From Alphaproteobacteria bacterium MarineAlpha9_Bin6 (GTDB lineage Bacteria; Pseudomonadota; Alphaproteobacteria; UBA7887), in the NCBI GenBank assembly GCA_002937585.1, contig PTKE01000002.1:912-64911 (forward strand): a DNA stretch of 64,000 bases, written 5' to 3'. The position numbers and the translations under genes are program-made. Of this stretch, positions 1 through 9,739 are shown piece after piece; position 1 is the stretch's first letter, and each line of letters starts with the position of its first letter. The notes beneath the pieces were generated by a model. It had not been told where the DNA came from. It searched no databases and was given only the letters and a program-made list of their open reading frames with translations.

Positions 1-77
1 CATTTTATGCGAAACAGGTATAGCCAATGTGAGGTCGTATAAGCATAATTTCGGCCAATTATTTAGGTGCGTTCAGC

Positions 78-653
78 ATGGGTGCAGATAAAGAATGTGA
101 CGGGTACCTCCCGGGGCAACTTTTAATCGCAATGCCAGGTATGGCAGACCCTCGCTTTTCCCAGAGCGTGATTTATTTGTGTGCCCACAATGAGGATGGC
201 GCTATGGGGTTAGTGGTGAACAAACTTATTGGATCCCTTAGCTTCACTGAGTTGTTAAAGCAAATGGAGATTGCGTCAGACAAATTCGATTCCAGTATGG
301 AAATTCATTTTGGCGGTCCCGTGGAGTCAGGGCGTGGCTTTGTGCTTCACAGTACGGATTACAATAGTGAAGGAACTATCAAGGTAAACAGTGATTTCGC
401 TGTGACTGCAACGATTGACGTGCTCAAGTCTATAGCCGGCGGTAAGGGTCCTGCTAATCTTATGTTTGCTCTAGGCTATGCTGGTTGGGCGCCGGGGCAA
501 CTCGATAGTGAGATGCAGAACAACGGGTGGTTACACTGCACCGCGGATTTAAGCATCGTGTTTGGTGATGACAACCAAGCCAAATGGAAACTGGCGGCAG
601 CTAAAATGGGCATCGATTTGTCGCTTTTAACCATTGAGGCTGGCCATGCCTGA
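78..653 (+). CDS. YqgE/AlgH family protein (UPF0301)
   Basis: LLIAMP..DPRF..SVIY.C.H...GAMGLV.N, GGPV...RGFVLH and LGYAGW..GQL..E motifs. Confidence 0.92.
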   Translation: MGADKECDGYLPGQLLIAMPGMADPRFSQSVIYLCAHNEDGAMGLVVNKLIGSLSFTELLKQMEIASDKFDSSMEIHFGGPVESGRGFVLHSTDYNSEGTIKVNSDFAVTATIDVLKSIAGGKGPANLMFALGYAGWAPGQLDSEMQNNGWLHCTADLSIVFGDDNQAKWKLAAAKMGIDLSLLTIEAGHA

Positions 654-718
654 TTATATATTCGCCGGGTAACGAGTTTAGATAATTGTTTTTGCCATAA
701 TAAATGCCATTAAAAAGT

Positions 719-1411
719 TTAGTGTTTTGTGCTTTGTGCTGGAGATGGTGCAGTCGTAAAGCGCTCTCGGCGAGGTGAAACTCGTGAGTCCCGAATCGAA
801 TCGCGTGCCAAGGGGACTGGTGCCATCCTAGAGTCTGTTTCAAGCAGACTAAACAAGACATGGTCTTGCCATTGGCCATTAATTTTTAAATAGCGGCGCA
901 CATAACCTTCTTCTTGGAATCCTATTTTTTTTAATAAGGCTCGGCTCGCCTTATTCTGTGGTAGGCAGGCAGCCTCGATTCGATGAATCTTGAGTCGGTG
1001 GAATATGAACGGTAGGAGTGCTGATAATGCTTCCGTCATGTAGCCTTGGCCAGAATAATTTTCGCCAACCCAGTAGCCAATACTGCAACTTTGCGCGACT
1101 CCTCGCCGGACATCATTAATCGAGACGCTCCCGAGTAAGGCGCGGTCGTCCTTCCGGAATATTAAAAAAATATAAGCAGTGTCAGAATTTGTATGGACTG
1201 CATAGGTGCGGAGTCGGCGAAAAAAAGCTTTCCGCGTAAGCGCATCTTTGGGCCATGTTGGTTCCCAGGGCTCAAGGAAGCTCCGACTCGCTGTTCGTAA
1301 AGTGAGCCATTTTCTAACATCGCGTCGGCTGGGAGGGCGCAGGTAGACCCGACCTGCTTGGATCGGCTTGCCTCGCATGGCCTGAGACAGAGATTTAAAG
1401 AGGCCGATCAT
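719..1411 (-). CDS. rimJ: GNAT acetyltransferase, RimJ-like ribosomal-protein-alanine N-acetyltransferase
   Basis: SRSFLEPWEP, RRGVAQSCSIGYW, GQGYMTEA, HRIEAAC.P.N..S, YLKING.WQDH; typical position after the M16 peptidase. Confidence 0.85.
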   Translation of the reverse strand: MIGLFKSLSQAMRGKPIQAGRVYLRPPSRRDVRKWLTLRTASRSFLEPWEPTWPKDALTRKAFFRRLRTYAVHTNSDTAYIFLIFRKDDRALLGSVSINDVRRGVAQSCSIGYWVGENYSGQGYMTEALSALLPFIFHRLKIHRIEAACLPQNKASRALLKKIGFQEEGYVRRYLKINGQWQDHVLFSLLETDSRMAPVPLARDSIRDSRVSPRRERFTTAPSPAQSTKH

Positions 1412-1656
1412 CCCTTTATCCTAATTTGGAAGCTGAAGACTCCGTCGGATTCCGAATTACCTTCGAGTCGATGACCAGTCAATTCGCAGAACATTTTGAA
1501 ATCTTTTACGGAACTGGGATCAGTGGCAAAAACCGTTAAAAGGCTTCCTGAGGGTAGGGTTTTGATTGCTTTTTTAGCTTTTAGAACCGGCAAAGGGCAA
1601 GCTAGACCACAAACGTCCAGGTCATGCCGCTTTGAATCTTCATCCGAGACAATCAT
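1408..1656 (-). CDS. tusA: Sulfur carrier protein, TusA/SirA family
   Basis: LDVCGLACPLPVLKAKKA (CPxP motif), TDP.S..D; ATG at 1656 forms an ATGA overlap with the M16 stop, and its own stop overlaps the rimJ start. Confidence 0.85.
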   Translation of the reverse strand: MIVSDEDSKRHDLDVCGLACPLPVLKAKKAIKTLPSGSLLTVFATDPSSVKDFKMFCELTGHRLEGNSESDGVFSFQIRIKG

Positions 1657-2924
1657 TCGCACCTTCGCTGAAGCTTATTTTTTAGTGCTTCATAATCAGG
1701 CATGTTTGATGATGGGCCAAGCGACGTAACTGTTAATGGTCCATTCGCCAACAGGCGACGGGCGACGGCCGACAATTTTGTTGGGTCCGCTGAGTCAATA
1801 TTTTCGATAACCTCTGAGTTGGGGAGAGGGCGCCCAAAAAGCAGGAGCTGGCGTGCTAGTTGTTCACTACGTGCGCTCGTGCTTTCAAGAGACATCAAGA
1901 GTCCTGATTTTAGCTGGGCTCTTGCGCGTTTTGTCTCCGCATCACCAATGTTCTCAGCGACGTCCAGTAGTTCGTTGCACACTGTGTCAATCAATTCACC
2001 TGCAGATTCCGCGCTGGTACCAGCGTAAATGCCGAACAACCCACCATCTACATAACTGGTAGAGAATGAATAAATAGAGTAGGCAAGCCCGCGTTCCTCT
2101 CGTACTTTTTGAAAGAGGCGCGATGACATGCCCCCACCTAATAAGGTGGAAAATACCTGCAGGGCGTAATAATCGTTGTCTTCGTACGAAAATCCGTTGA
2201 ACCCGAGTAGAAGGTGAACTTGCTCAAGCTCGCGCGGCTGATACAAATGTCCGCCAACATATTTGGCCTTTTCATAGGTATTATCATCTGTGGTGGTGGA
2301 GCCTAAGAATGTTTGGCTTGTTAATGCGACTAGTTGATCGTGATCAATATTTCCAGCCGCGGAGACCACCATGCGGGCGGGTGTGTAATGCTGGGCCATA
2401 TAGGTGTCAAGAGTATGACGAGTGAAGCTTGAGACGTTTTCTGAGGTGCCAAGCACTGGTCGGCCCAGGGGCTGGTCCGGGAAAGCAATATCCTGGAAAT
2501 AGTCGAATATTATGTCGTCGGGAGTGTCCTGAGCTTGACCAATTTCTTGGATGACGACCGTCTGCTCACGCATGAGTTCGTCTTGATCGAAAGTTGGATT
2601 TTGTAAAATATCCCCCAGTATGTTGACCGCGAGTGGCAAATCTTCCTTAAGAACCTTAGCAAAGTAGGCGGTCTGCTCTCGGGAGGTGTAGGCGTTAAGG
2701 TGCCCCCCCACGGCCTCGATTTCCTCCGCTATATCGCGTGCACTTCTTAGTTGGGTGCCCTTGAACGCCATGTGTTCAAGTAAGTGAGATATCCCATTGG
2801 TCTCTGGTTGTTCGCATCGCGCGCCGGCATTGACCCATACCCCAACCGATGCAGTTTCCAGAGATGGCATCTGTTCACTAATTACGCGCAACCCATTGTC
2901 CAGGGTGGTGACTTGTGGTGCCAT
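1653..2924 (-). CDS. M16B family zinc peptidase (MPP-like)
   Basis: HLLEH (HxxEH) zinc motif, NAYTSRE, GGGMSSRLFQ.VRE.RGLAY. Confidence 0.95.
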   Translation of the reverse strand: MAPQVTTLDNGLRVISEQMPSLETASVGVWVNAGARCEQPETNGISHLLEHMAFKGTQLRSARDIAEEIEAVGGHLNAYTSREQTAYFAKVLKEDLPLAVNILGDILQNPTFDQDELMREQTVVIQEIGQAQDTPDDIIFDYFQDIAFPDQPLGRPVLGTSENVSSFTRHTLDTYMAQHYTPARMVVSAAGNIDHDQLVALTSQTFLGSTTTDDNTYEKAKYVGGHLYQPRELEQVHLLLGFNGFSYEDNDYYALQVFSTLLGGGMSSRLFQKVREERGLAYSIYSFSTSYVDGGLFGIYAGTSAESAGELIDTVCNELLDVAENIGDAETKRARAQLKSGLLMSLESTSARSEQLARQLLLFGRPLPNSEVIENIDSADPTKLSAVARRLLANGPLTVTSLGPSSNMPDYEALKNKLQRRCE

Positions 2925-2953
2925 GCAGTAGATTCCAATTTACTCTGTTGTGT

Positions 2954-4342
2954 TTAGGTGCCGACGCGGCTGCGGGATCGAATATAAGCCTGCAAGGTGT
3001 TAAGGTCACGCGGTAGCACGTCGCAGTGTTCATCAGATACCAACGCCTCGGCAAGGCGCTCGGGTGTTTTTGGGCGACGCCCCGTAGCCCTTTCCACCGA
3101 ATCCGGAAACTTTGCTGGGTCAGCGGTTGCTAACGAAATAACTGGACCGTTCTCGGTTGTAACGAATGTGCGCGCGGCTGCGACGCCTACCGCCGTGTGA
3201 GGATCGATCAATAACCCAGTCTCTGCGTGAACCCTTCCCATTTCGGCTAGTGTTAGGGTTTCATCAATTGCAATACCCGTGAACAGGGTGCGGGCCTTAT
3301 TAAGTCTTTCGGCTTCGATCGTAAATCCTCCATCTGAACCCAATGCTTCCATTCGTCGAGAAATCTCAACCCCATTTCGATCATAAATTTCAAACAATAA
3401 CCTCTCAAAATTGCTGGCAACCTGGATATCCATGCTGGGCGTGATCGTTGGTGTTACGTCTCCTAGCCAGTGTTTCCCAGTTGTTAGTGATTGAGTAAGG
3501 ATATCGTTTCGATTGGTGGCGACGATCAGCCGCTTCACTGGCAAGCCCGTCCGGTGAGCGACATAGCCCGCATAGACATCGCCGAAGTTTCCGGTCGGAA
3601 CTGCGAAGGTCGGTGGCCAATCATTCAGGCGCGATGCTGCAACATGGTAATAGACTACTTGGGCTAGTATTCTCGCCCAATTGATTGAATTGATGGCAGC
3701 CAATGCTAGGTCGTATCGAAACGCCCTGTCGTTAAACATTGCTTTCACCAGTCTTTGGCAGTCATCGAAAGTGCCCTCTATGGCAATATTGTGGACATTC
3801 TCGGCGACCACTGACGTCATTTGTCGCCGCTGAACGTCTGATATCAGACCAAGAGGATGAAGGACAAAAATGTCAAGATTAGAACGGCCTTGGCACGCAG
3901 CAATTGCAGCCGATCCTGTGTCTCCAGATGTTGCGCCAATTACAGTTAGGCGCTCACCTTTCCGTTGCAGAACATGGTCAAATAATCGACTCAGAACTTG
4001 TAGAGCAAAATCTTTAAAGGATAGAGTGGGGCCGTGAAAAAGCTCCAGAAGCCAGTGGCCATCGCCTATTTCTACTAAAGGTGCCACATCTTTGTGTTGA
4101 AACTCAGAGTACGCATCACGGGTTATAGCATTCAGTGCGGCGCTGTCGATTTCTCCATTCACGAAAGGTTCCATGAGACGGGCGGCATCCTCCGCGTATG
4201 AAAGTCTTCGGGTATCAGGTCCATTCCAAACAGCGGGCCATTCTGCGGGTACGTAGAGCCCGCCGTCTGGCGCCAAGCCAGCCAGCAGCGTCTCTTCGAA
4301 TCCAATAATCTGGTCGCTTCCGCGTGTACTTAGGTATTTCAA
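2954..4342 (-). CDS. thrC: Threonine synthase
   Basis: KYLSTRG start (TTG at 4342 preferred over 4402), ELFHGPTLSFKD PLP-lysine motif, ATSGDTG, NSINWARI, VPTGNFG. Confidence 0.95.
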   Translation of the reverse strand: MKYLSTRGSDQIIGFEETLLAGLAPDGGLYVPAEWPAVWNGPDTRRLSYAEDAARLMEPFVNGEIDSAALNAITRDAYSEFQHKDVAPLVEIGDGHWLLELFHGPTLSFKDFALQVLSRLFDHVLQRKGERLTVIGATSGDTGSAAIAACQGRSNLDIFVLHPLGLISDVQRRQMTSVVAENVHNIAIEGTFDDCQRLVKAMFNDRAFRYDLALAAINSINWARILAQVVYYHVAASRLNDWPPTFAVPTGNFGDVYAGYVAHRTGLPVKRLIVATNRNDILTQSLTTGKHWLGDVTPTITPSMDIQVASNFERLLFEIYDRNGVEISRRMEALGSDGGFTIEAERLNKARTLFTGIAIDETLTLAEMGRVHAETGLLIDPHTAVGVAAARTFVTTENGPVISLATADPAKFPDSVERATGRRPKTPERLAEALVSDEHCDVLPRDLNTLQAYIRSRSRVGT

Positions 4343-4429
4343 TATTTTGCCTAAAGTTTCGCCGTTGATGTCCTTGGCGTGGGCTAACTCACGGAGTCCC
4401 AAGCGTTCAAGAATGTATCTCGTCTCTAG

Positions 4430-5254
4430 CTAAATTCTCTTGTGATCGGGCTTTAGACGCTCCAGCAGAGTTGGATGGATTAATGTGCCACTCGCGACTA
4501 AATTTGGATGCAGTATATCTTCGTCGTTGTAACGGTGTGGTGTGCCGCTGGCATCTGTCATAAGTCCTCCGGCCTCACGAACCAGTAAATCTCCAGCAGC
4601 GATATCCCAATCGCTTTTGGGTCTGAGGGCGATTACTGCATCAAGCTCACCGGTTGCAACCAGTGCTAACTTATAGGCGATTGCGTCAACTTGTTTCAGT
4701 GTTACCTCGGGAAAGAGGTGACTCCAAAGTTGCTGGCGGAGCTCGGTTTTACTAGTTCCCAGCACCACAGCCGGCAAAGCTGCCGTTTCACTGGTTGTCG
4801 CATTTTCACCATTCAGTCTGGTTCCACCCCCCTTTACCGCATCGAAAAGTTCATCGGTAATTGGATTGTATACAGCTGCAGCAATCGGTTCTTGGTCACA
4901 GACTAGCGCGATTGAAATCGCAAACTCGGCGATGCCGTCGATAAATGATTTAGTGCCATCTATGGGGTCAATGATCCAAGCTCTTCTTGCATTAATACGT
5001 TGCGGTGGGAGCGGCAATTCTTCCGAAATAATTATGTCCTGAGGACGTGAAGTGCGTATGACGGAGATAATTTCTTGGTTTACTGCGATGTCAGCGTCCG
5101 ATACGGGGTCTCCTGGTTTCTTTTCGCGGACCTCAAAGTCGCCGCGAAAGAAAGATTTGGCAACGATGCCGCCTGCACGTGCTGCATCGAGCGCTACAGC
5201 AAGATCCGATTCAAGTCCAAATCTGGGGGTAGTCATGGCGGTATCTAGGGACAT
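4430..5254 (-). CDS. Inositol monophosphatase family / 3'(2'),5'-bisphosphate nucleotidase (CysQ-like)
   Basis: PVSDAD, SEE, WIIDPIDGT, WDIAAG motifs; likely start ATG 5254 or 5236. Confidence 0.88.
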   Translation of the reverse strand: MSLDTAMTTPRFGLESDLAVALDAARAGGIVAKSFFRGDFEVREKKPGDPVSDADIAVNQEIISVIRTSRPQDIIISEELPLPPQRINARRAWIIDPIDGTKSFIDGIAEFAISIALVCDQEPIAAAVYNPITDELFDAVKGGGTRLNGENATTSETAALPAVVLGTSKTELRQQLWSHLFPEVTLKQVDAIAYKLALVATGELDAVIALRPKSDWDIAAGDLLVREAGGLMTDASGTPHRYNDEDILHPNLVASGTLIHPTLLERLKPDHKRI

Positions 5255-5559
5255 AAGCCACACACCATAGCAGCGGCCTATGCGTGAGCAAGTAGGAGGA
5301 GCTAGCAAAAAGCTCCTTATTTCCCCAGAAATTGCTTGGCGCGGACACGCTATCAATATGCCAGTGAGGCCCTACATTTCTCTGAAGAGATGAGGAGAGG
5401 AAGATTTTCGTCGGCGGAGTCCGATCCTGACTTGCCAATTGCGTCAAGTGAATCCGAGAAGGGAAATTAGCTACAGATAGGTTAGATGCTAAAACCTGTA
5501 CTAAAATCACGTCTGACCCTGAGTTCATTCAGTGCAACGTTTGTTAAATAAGTATGTAA

Positions 5560-6543
5560 TTGGAGTGGGAAACGTTACCGCTTGTTGCGCCGCCGCCACT
5601 GAAAGCAGAGGCTGAATTGTACGATTCTGTGCCGGTTCATAGTCAAACAGCGCTCGTAGTTTTTAATCCAACGGCGGGGAAACGGGGCAGGTTCCTCTTG
5701 AACGCGGTTGTGGACGAACTTCGTATTTTAGGATGGCACGTCTCTTTAGTTGAGACCAAACAAAAGGGTCATGCTGAGCAGATCGCATCTGGTCTTTATG
5801 AAGGATCTTGTAACGGGCCAGATATTTTGGTTGTTGCTGGTGGAGACGGTACCATAAACGAGATCATTAATGGCTTGGCCGTTATTGGCAGACTTGATTT
5901 GCCAGTTGGTCTGATCCCTATAGGAACAGTCAATCTGTTGGCGAGCGAAATTAAGCTACCCCGTAGCCCTCACTTACTTGCTCAAATTATTTCAGACGGT
6001 CATTTGCGAAACGTTGTGTTGGGGCAAATTTGTACGAAGTACAAAAGTCGCTTTTTTGTGATGACTGCAGGCGTGGGATTTGATGCGCGCTCAGTATCGA
6101 GGGTTTCACACCGACTCAAACGCTTAAATGGTAAATTGGCCTATATCGTAGCCGGGATAGAGGAATACTTGCTTGGCAGGTGGCCTTGCTACCAAGTGAT
6201 CGTCGATGGCGAGGACGTTGTGGCCCGATCCATATTATTTGCTAATGGGAAATATTACGCAGGAGGAATGATTTGGGCTTCCGCAGCAAATATTGAACTG
6301 TCTGCGCTTGAAGTTGGTATTTTTGCTCGCGCCGGGCGGCTTCGGCTCCCATTGTATGCCCTTGGGTTGATCGCAGGAAGGCTCTACCAGATGCGGGATG
6401 TATCTATTCGCACCGCGACAAAGATTCACTTATTGGGGCCACCGAATGAACCAGTGCAAGCCGATGGAGATATTGTCGCACATCTCCCTGTCCGTATTTC
6501 AGTTGCATCCGTTGGTGCAAGGATATTAGGCCCAAGTCGATGA
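5560..6543 (+). CDS. Diacylglycerol/lipid kinase family protein (YegS/DAGK-like)
   Basis: NPTAG, VAGGDGT, IPIGTVN, GVGFDA, NGKYYAG, QADGD; start uncertain. Confidence 0.88.
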   Translation: MEWETLPLVAPPPLKAEAELYDSVPVHSQTALVVFNPTAGKRGRFLLNAVVDELRILGWHVSLVETKQKGHAEQIASGLYEGSCNGPDILVVAGGDGTINEIINGLAVIGRLDLPVGLIPIGTVNLLASEIKLPRSPHLLAQIISDGHLRNVVLGQICTKYKSRFFVMTAGVGFDARSVSRVSHRLKRLNGKLAYIVAGIEEYLLGRWPCYQVIVDGEDVVARSILFANGKYYAGGMIWASAANIELSALEVGIFARAGRLRLPLYALGLIAGRLYQMRDVSIRTATKIHLLGPPNEPVQADGDIVAHLPVRISVASVGARILGPSR

Positions 6544-6560
6544 AAACTTGCCTCGGCCTG

Positions 6561-7904
6561 TCAAACGCCCGCTACTGTCATTCCATCAACCCGCAGAGTT
6601 GGTGCGTTAACTCCATAACGGAACGTTAGATCGTCAGCCGGCGTAAGTTTTAGAAACATATCTTCTATATTGCCCGCTACCGTCATTTCGTTGACTGGAT
6701 GGGCGAGTTCACCATTTTCAATCCAAAATCCAGATGCCCCTCGGCTGTAATCGCCGGTGAGACTATTGAAACTCATTCCCATCATCTCAGTGACATAAAA
6801 CCCGCTATTTATATTCCCAATCAGATCGTCGCGTGAGATCTCACCTGGAGACATGTAAAGATTTGTTGGTCCTGGGCTTGGAGGTGTCGACGTGCCGCGT
6901 ACCGCATGACCCGTACTCCGTAGTTTTAACTGTCGGGCTGAACGGGTATCGAGAAGCCAAGTTGTCAAGACACCATTTTCTACAATTTTCCTTAATTCAC
7001 CGGGCACACCTTCGCCGTCGAAGGGTCGGGATGAAAGACCCCGCTCTCGCAGCGGATCGTCGATGATATCAACACCGATGGCGAATAGTTGCTTATCCAT
7101 TTTATCCTTCAGAACGCTTGTTCCGCGCGCAATGGCTGCTCCCGAAATCAGTCCAGCTAGAAGTCTTGGAAAGCCGCCTGAAAGTCGAGGGTCAAAAACT
7201 ACAGGCACTTGTTGGCTTTTGGCTTTTCTCGGATTGAGGCGCCTTACTGCCCTTTCTCCGGCACGTTGCCCAATATCGGAGGCTGGCTCCAGATCACTAA
7301 AATGATGGGCAGAGCAATATTCGTAGTCACGCTCCATCTGTGTATCCGAGCCGGCGATTACCGAGGCTGAGATCCCAAAATTGGTCGCTAGGTACCCACC
7401 GGCGAAGCCGGCGCTATTGGCCAGAGTTATTGCACTTTTTCCTGCGTTTGACCCGGCTCCTTCCGTATTGGTCACCCCATCGACGGCACGGGCCGCATCT
7501 TCGGCAAGTGCCGCTAGCTCGAGCAAAGTGGCTGACGACGGCATTTCAGAATCCGCCAGGTCTAGGTCAATAACCTCTTGGGTGAGTTGATCGCTCTCTG
7601 GAAGGCCGCAGTGAGGGTCTTCAGGTGCGTTCCGGGCCATTGTTACAGCACGTTCGATCAGCTCGTTGAGTGCTGTAGTTTGCAGATCGTTGCTGGATAC
7701 TATGGCCTGGCCATGGCCAATTAAGACTCGAAGACCAAGGTCGCCAGACTCAGCCCGTTCAACGCCCTCGTTGCGACCCATCCGCCAGCTCGCGCTTGAT
7801 GATACAGAATCAATCATGATTGCATCGGCAGCATCGGCGCCAGCTTTGCAAGCTTTGGCAACAAAATCGGAAAGAAAGTCTGGATCGGGTTTTTGTTCTG
7901 ACAT
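6561..7904 (-). CDS. pmbA: Metalloprotease subunit PmbA/TldE
   Basis: MERDY, SRPFDGEG, TGHA, TGDYSRGASGFWIENGE...PVNE.T.AGN; no HExxxH motif. Confidence 0.92.
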   Translation of the reverse strand: MSEQKPDPDFLSDFVAKACKAGADAADAIMIDSVSSSASWRMGRNEGVERAESGDLGLRVLIGHGQAIVSSNDLQTTALNELIERAVTMARNAPEDPHCGLPESDQLTQEVIDLDLADSEMPSSATLLELAALAEDAARAVDGVTNTEGAGSNAGKSAITLANSAGFAGGYLATNFGISASVIAGSDTQMERDYEYCSAHHFSDLEPASDIGQRAGERAVRRLNPRKAKSQQVPVVFDPRLSGGFPRLLAGLISGAAIARGTSVLKDKMDKQLFAIGVDIIDDPLRERGLSSRPFDGEGVPGELRKIVENGVLTTWLLDTRSARQLKLRSTGHAVRGTSTPPSPGPTNLYMSPGEISRDDLIGNINSGFYVTEMMGMSFNSLTGDYSRGASGFWIENGELAHPVNEMTVAGNIEDMFLKLTPADDLTFRYGVNAPTLRVDGMTVAGV

Positions 7905-8070
7905 TGATCTCGCTCTTTATTGAAGATGCCAAGGCTATTTTGGCTTGTCCGGGTAAAGCTATATCCCGGCTTGGATTAAATTTCGACCAGTCATTACGCA
8001 AACGAAGGTTAACGCGGCCAGTTCCATGTTAAAATGAGAAGGCCCGATTATAGAAAGAGGTATCTATAAA

Positions 8071-8763
8071 ATGATTAAAGACTCACCCATATTGACTATT
8101 CGGCGCAATTTTCAACGCCCAACTAAAGCACAGATTCAGTCTTTCGAGAGCGTGTCCACGGGTTTTGTTGTCGACAGTCAAGACGGAAACGGAGCCTTAG
8201 ATTACCGGATCAAGCCATTACTGGATGATTCAAGCAGCACGTTTTTTGGTGTAGCTGTTACTTGCCAGACAGGTCCATCCGATAATTTGGCTGCTCACGG
8301 GGGTCTCGCTCTGGCGGAGCCTGGCGACGTATTGGTTGTTGCAACGGGAGGGTACACCGGAGCGGCGGTGATTGGGGATAATATGGCTCACATGGCGAAG
8401 AACAAAGGTGTCCTCGCCATCGTTACTGACGGCGTACTGCGAGATCTCCCGGGATTATTGGAAGTTGGGATTCCAATGTTCTGCCGGGGAATAAGCCCAA
8501 ACTCTCCTGCTCGCAATGGTCCCGGAACAGTCGGGCTGCCAGTCACACTCGGTGGAGTTTCCGTATCATCCGGCGATTTGGTTATCGGGGACCGAGATGG
8601 CGTCGTGATTGTTTCGCAACAAACTTTAACTCGAGTAATCGGCGAGCTTGAGGAAGTGCGTCAAATTGAGGCGGTTATGGAGGCGAAGGTGAAAGACGGG
8701 CTAACCCTGAGTGACGGTATCTGTGAATTGTTAGCTTCCGATAAAGTCCGCAACCTCGATTGA
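8071..8763 (+). CDS. RraA family protein / HMG aldolase-like
   Basis: DNLA, PGDVLVV, IGD, VTDG..RD, GDLVIGDRDGVV. Confidence 0.85.
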   Translation: MIKDSPILTIRRNFQRPTKAQIQSFESVSTGFVVDSQDGNGALDYRIKPLLDDSSSTFFGVAVTCQTGPSDNLAAHGGLALAEPGDVLVVATGGYTGAAVIGDNMAHMAKNKGVLAIVTDGVLRDLPGLLEVGIPMFCRGISPNSPARNGPGTVGLPVTLGGVSVSSGDLVIGDRDGVVIVSQQTLTRVIGELEEVRQIEAVMEAKVKDGLTLSDGICELLASDKVRNLD

Positions 8764-8969
8764 TGGTTATGACCAATATCCGTGCTCGGTTGTCACCCGA
8801 CATTAATTTGAATTCTGTATTGGTAGAATCGAACAACGAAAATCATAGGTCTGCTGTTTCAGAAGATTTTGTCTGAATAGCGATATTGCGCGTTTAATGC
8901 AAAATGAAGCAAAGGGCTGTTCAGGTGGCGAGGTATTACAGTTTTTTTATGTGTAAGGATAAATAATTA

Positions 8970-9641
8970 CTACGAAATGATTACATGCTCTTTGGTAATG
9001 ATAAACGCAGGTTTTCCTTCTTTGATAAAATTAACTTCGTCTGCGCGCGTGTTTGCATATGCTTCTGTGGATACACCCGCGCGCATTCCATCAACCGAGT
9101 CAAACCATGTGATTGCAATCCCGTCCCATGCCGGTTGTGGGTCACGCTTGTAGCCCGACAACTTCGTATGACTCTGCACATACCGTTGCACCGTAGGAAT
9201 TTCTGAGGCTATTTTCCCGTGTGTGCCGCGCCAGTATTTCTGAAAAGATTGTATATCCATACCCGGCTTACGGGTGACAAATTCAATATTTTTGACTCCA
9301 TTTTTTGGTATGTCGCCATTTTTTATTACGTGCTCCTCGGTCAAAATTAACGTGAGGCTCTGCCGATCGATGAAATTTTCTTCATCCTCTACGATATCTC
9401 TGTAGGCATTTGTGGTCGCCATTTCGCGAAGGATATTGGTATCGTCAACCCATATTTCTGCGAGTCCATCGTATAGGAGGCCTCCTTTGCGATATCCACC
9501 TATCAGCGGGTGGGATTGCACATACCGTTTCACGTGCGGCAATTGCTTTACAACTTCGGCGTGAGTAAAGCGCCAATAGGTTTGGAATTCTTCCACTGAC
9601 ATGTTTGGTTTGCGCCGGATCAACGTGCACGCTTTCAACAT
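8970..9641 (-). CDS. Tandem EthD-domain protein
   Basis: Two copies of R(R/K)P.M....FQ.YWR..H......P.V.RYVQSH......YDG.A..W; GGAG RBS precedes ATG 9641. Confidence 0.8.
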   Translation of the reverse strand: MLKACTLIRRKPNMSVEEFQTYWRFTHAEVVKQLPHVKRYVQSHPLIGGYRKGGLLYDGLAEIWVDDTNILREMATTNAYRDIVEDEENFIDRQSLTLILTEEHVIKNGDIPKNGVKNIEFVTRKPGMDIQSFQKYWRGTHGKIASEIPTVQRYVQSHTKLSGYKRDPQPAWDGIAITWFDSVDGMRAGVSTEAYANTRADEVNFIKEGKPAFIITKEHVIIS

Positions 9642-9739
9642 AGTTTTCTCCGTTTTAGCCATTTCATCGCAGCACACCCGAATGACTGAATTATGTGGTT
9701 CCCTTTTTGTTAATGCTGATCCTACTTAGGTCTACTCTG

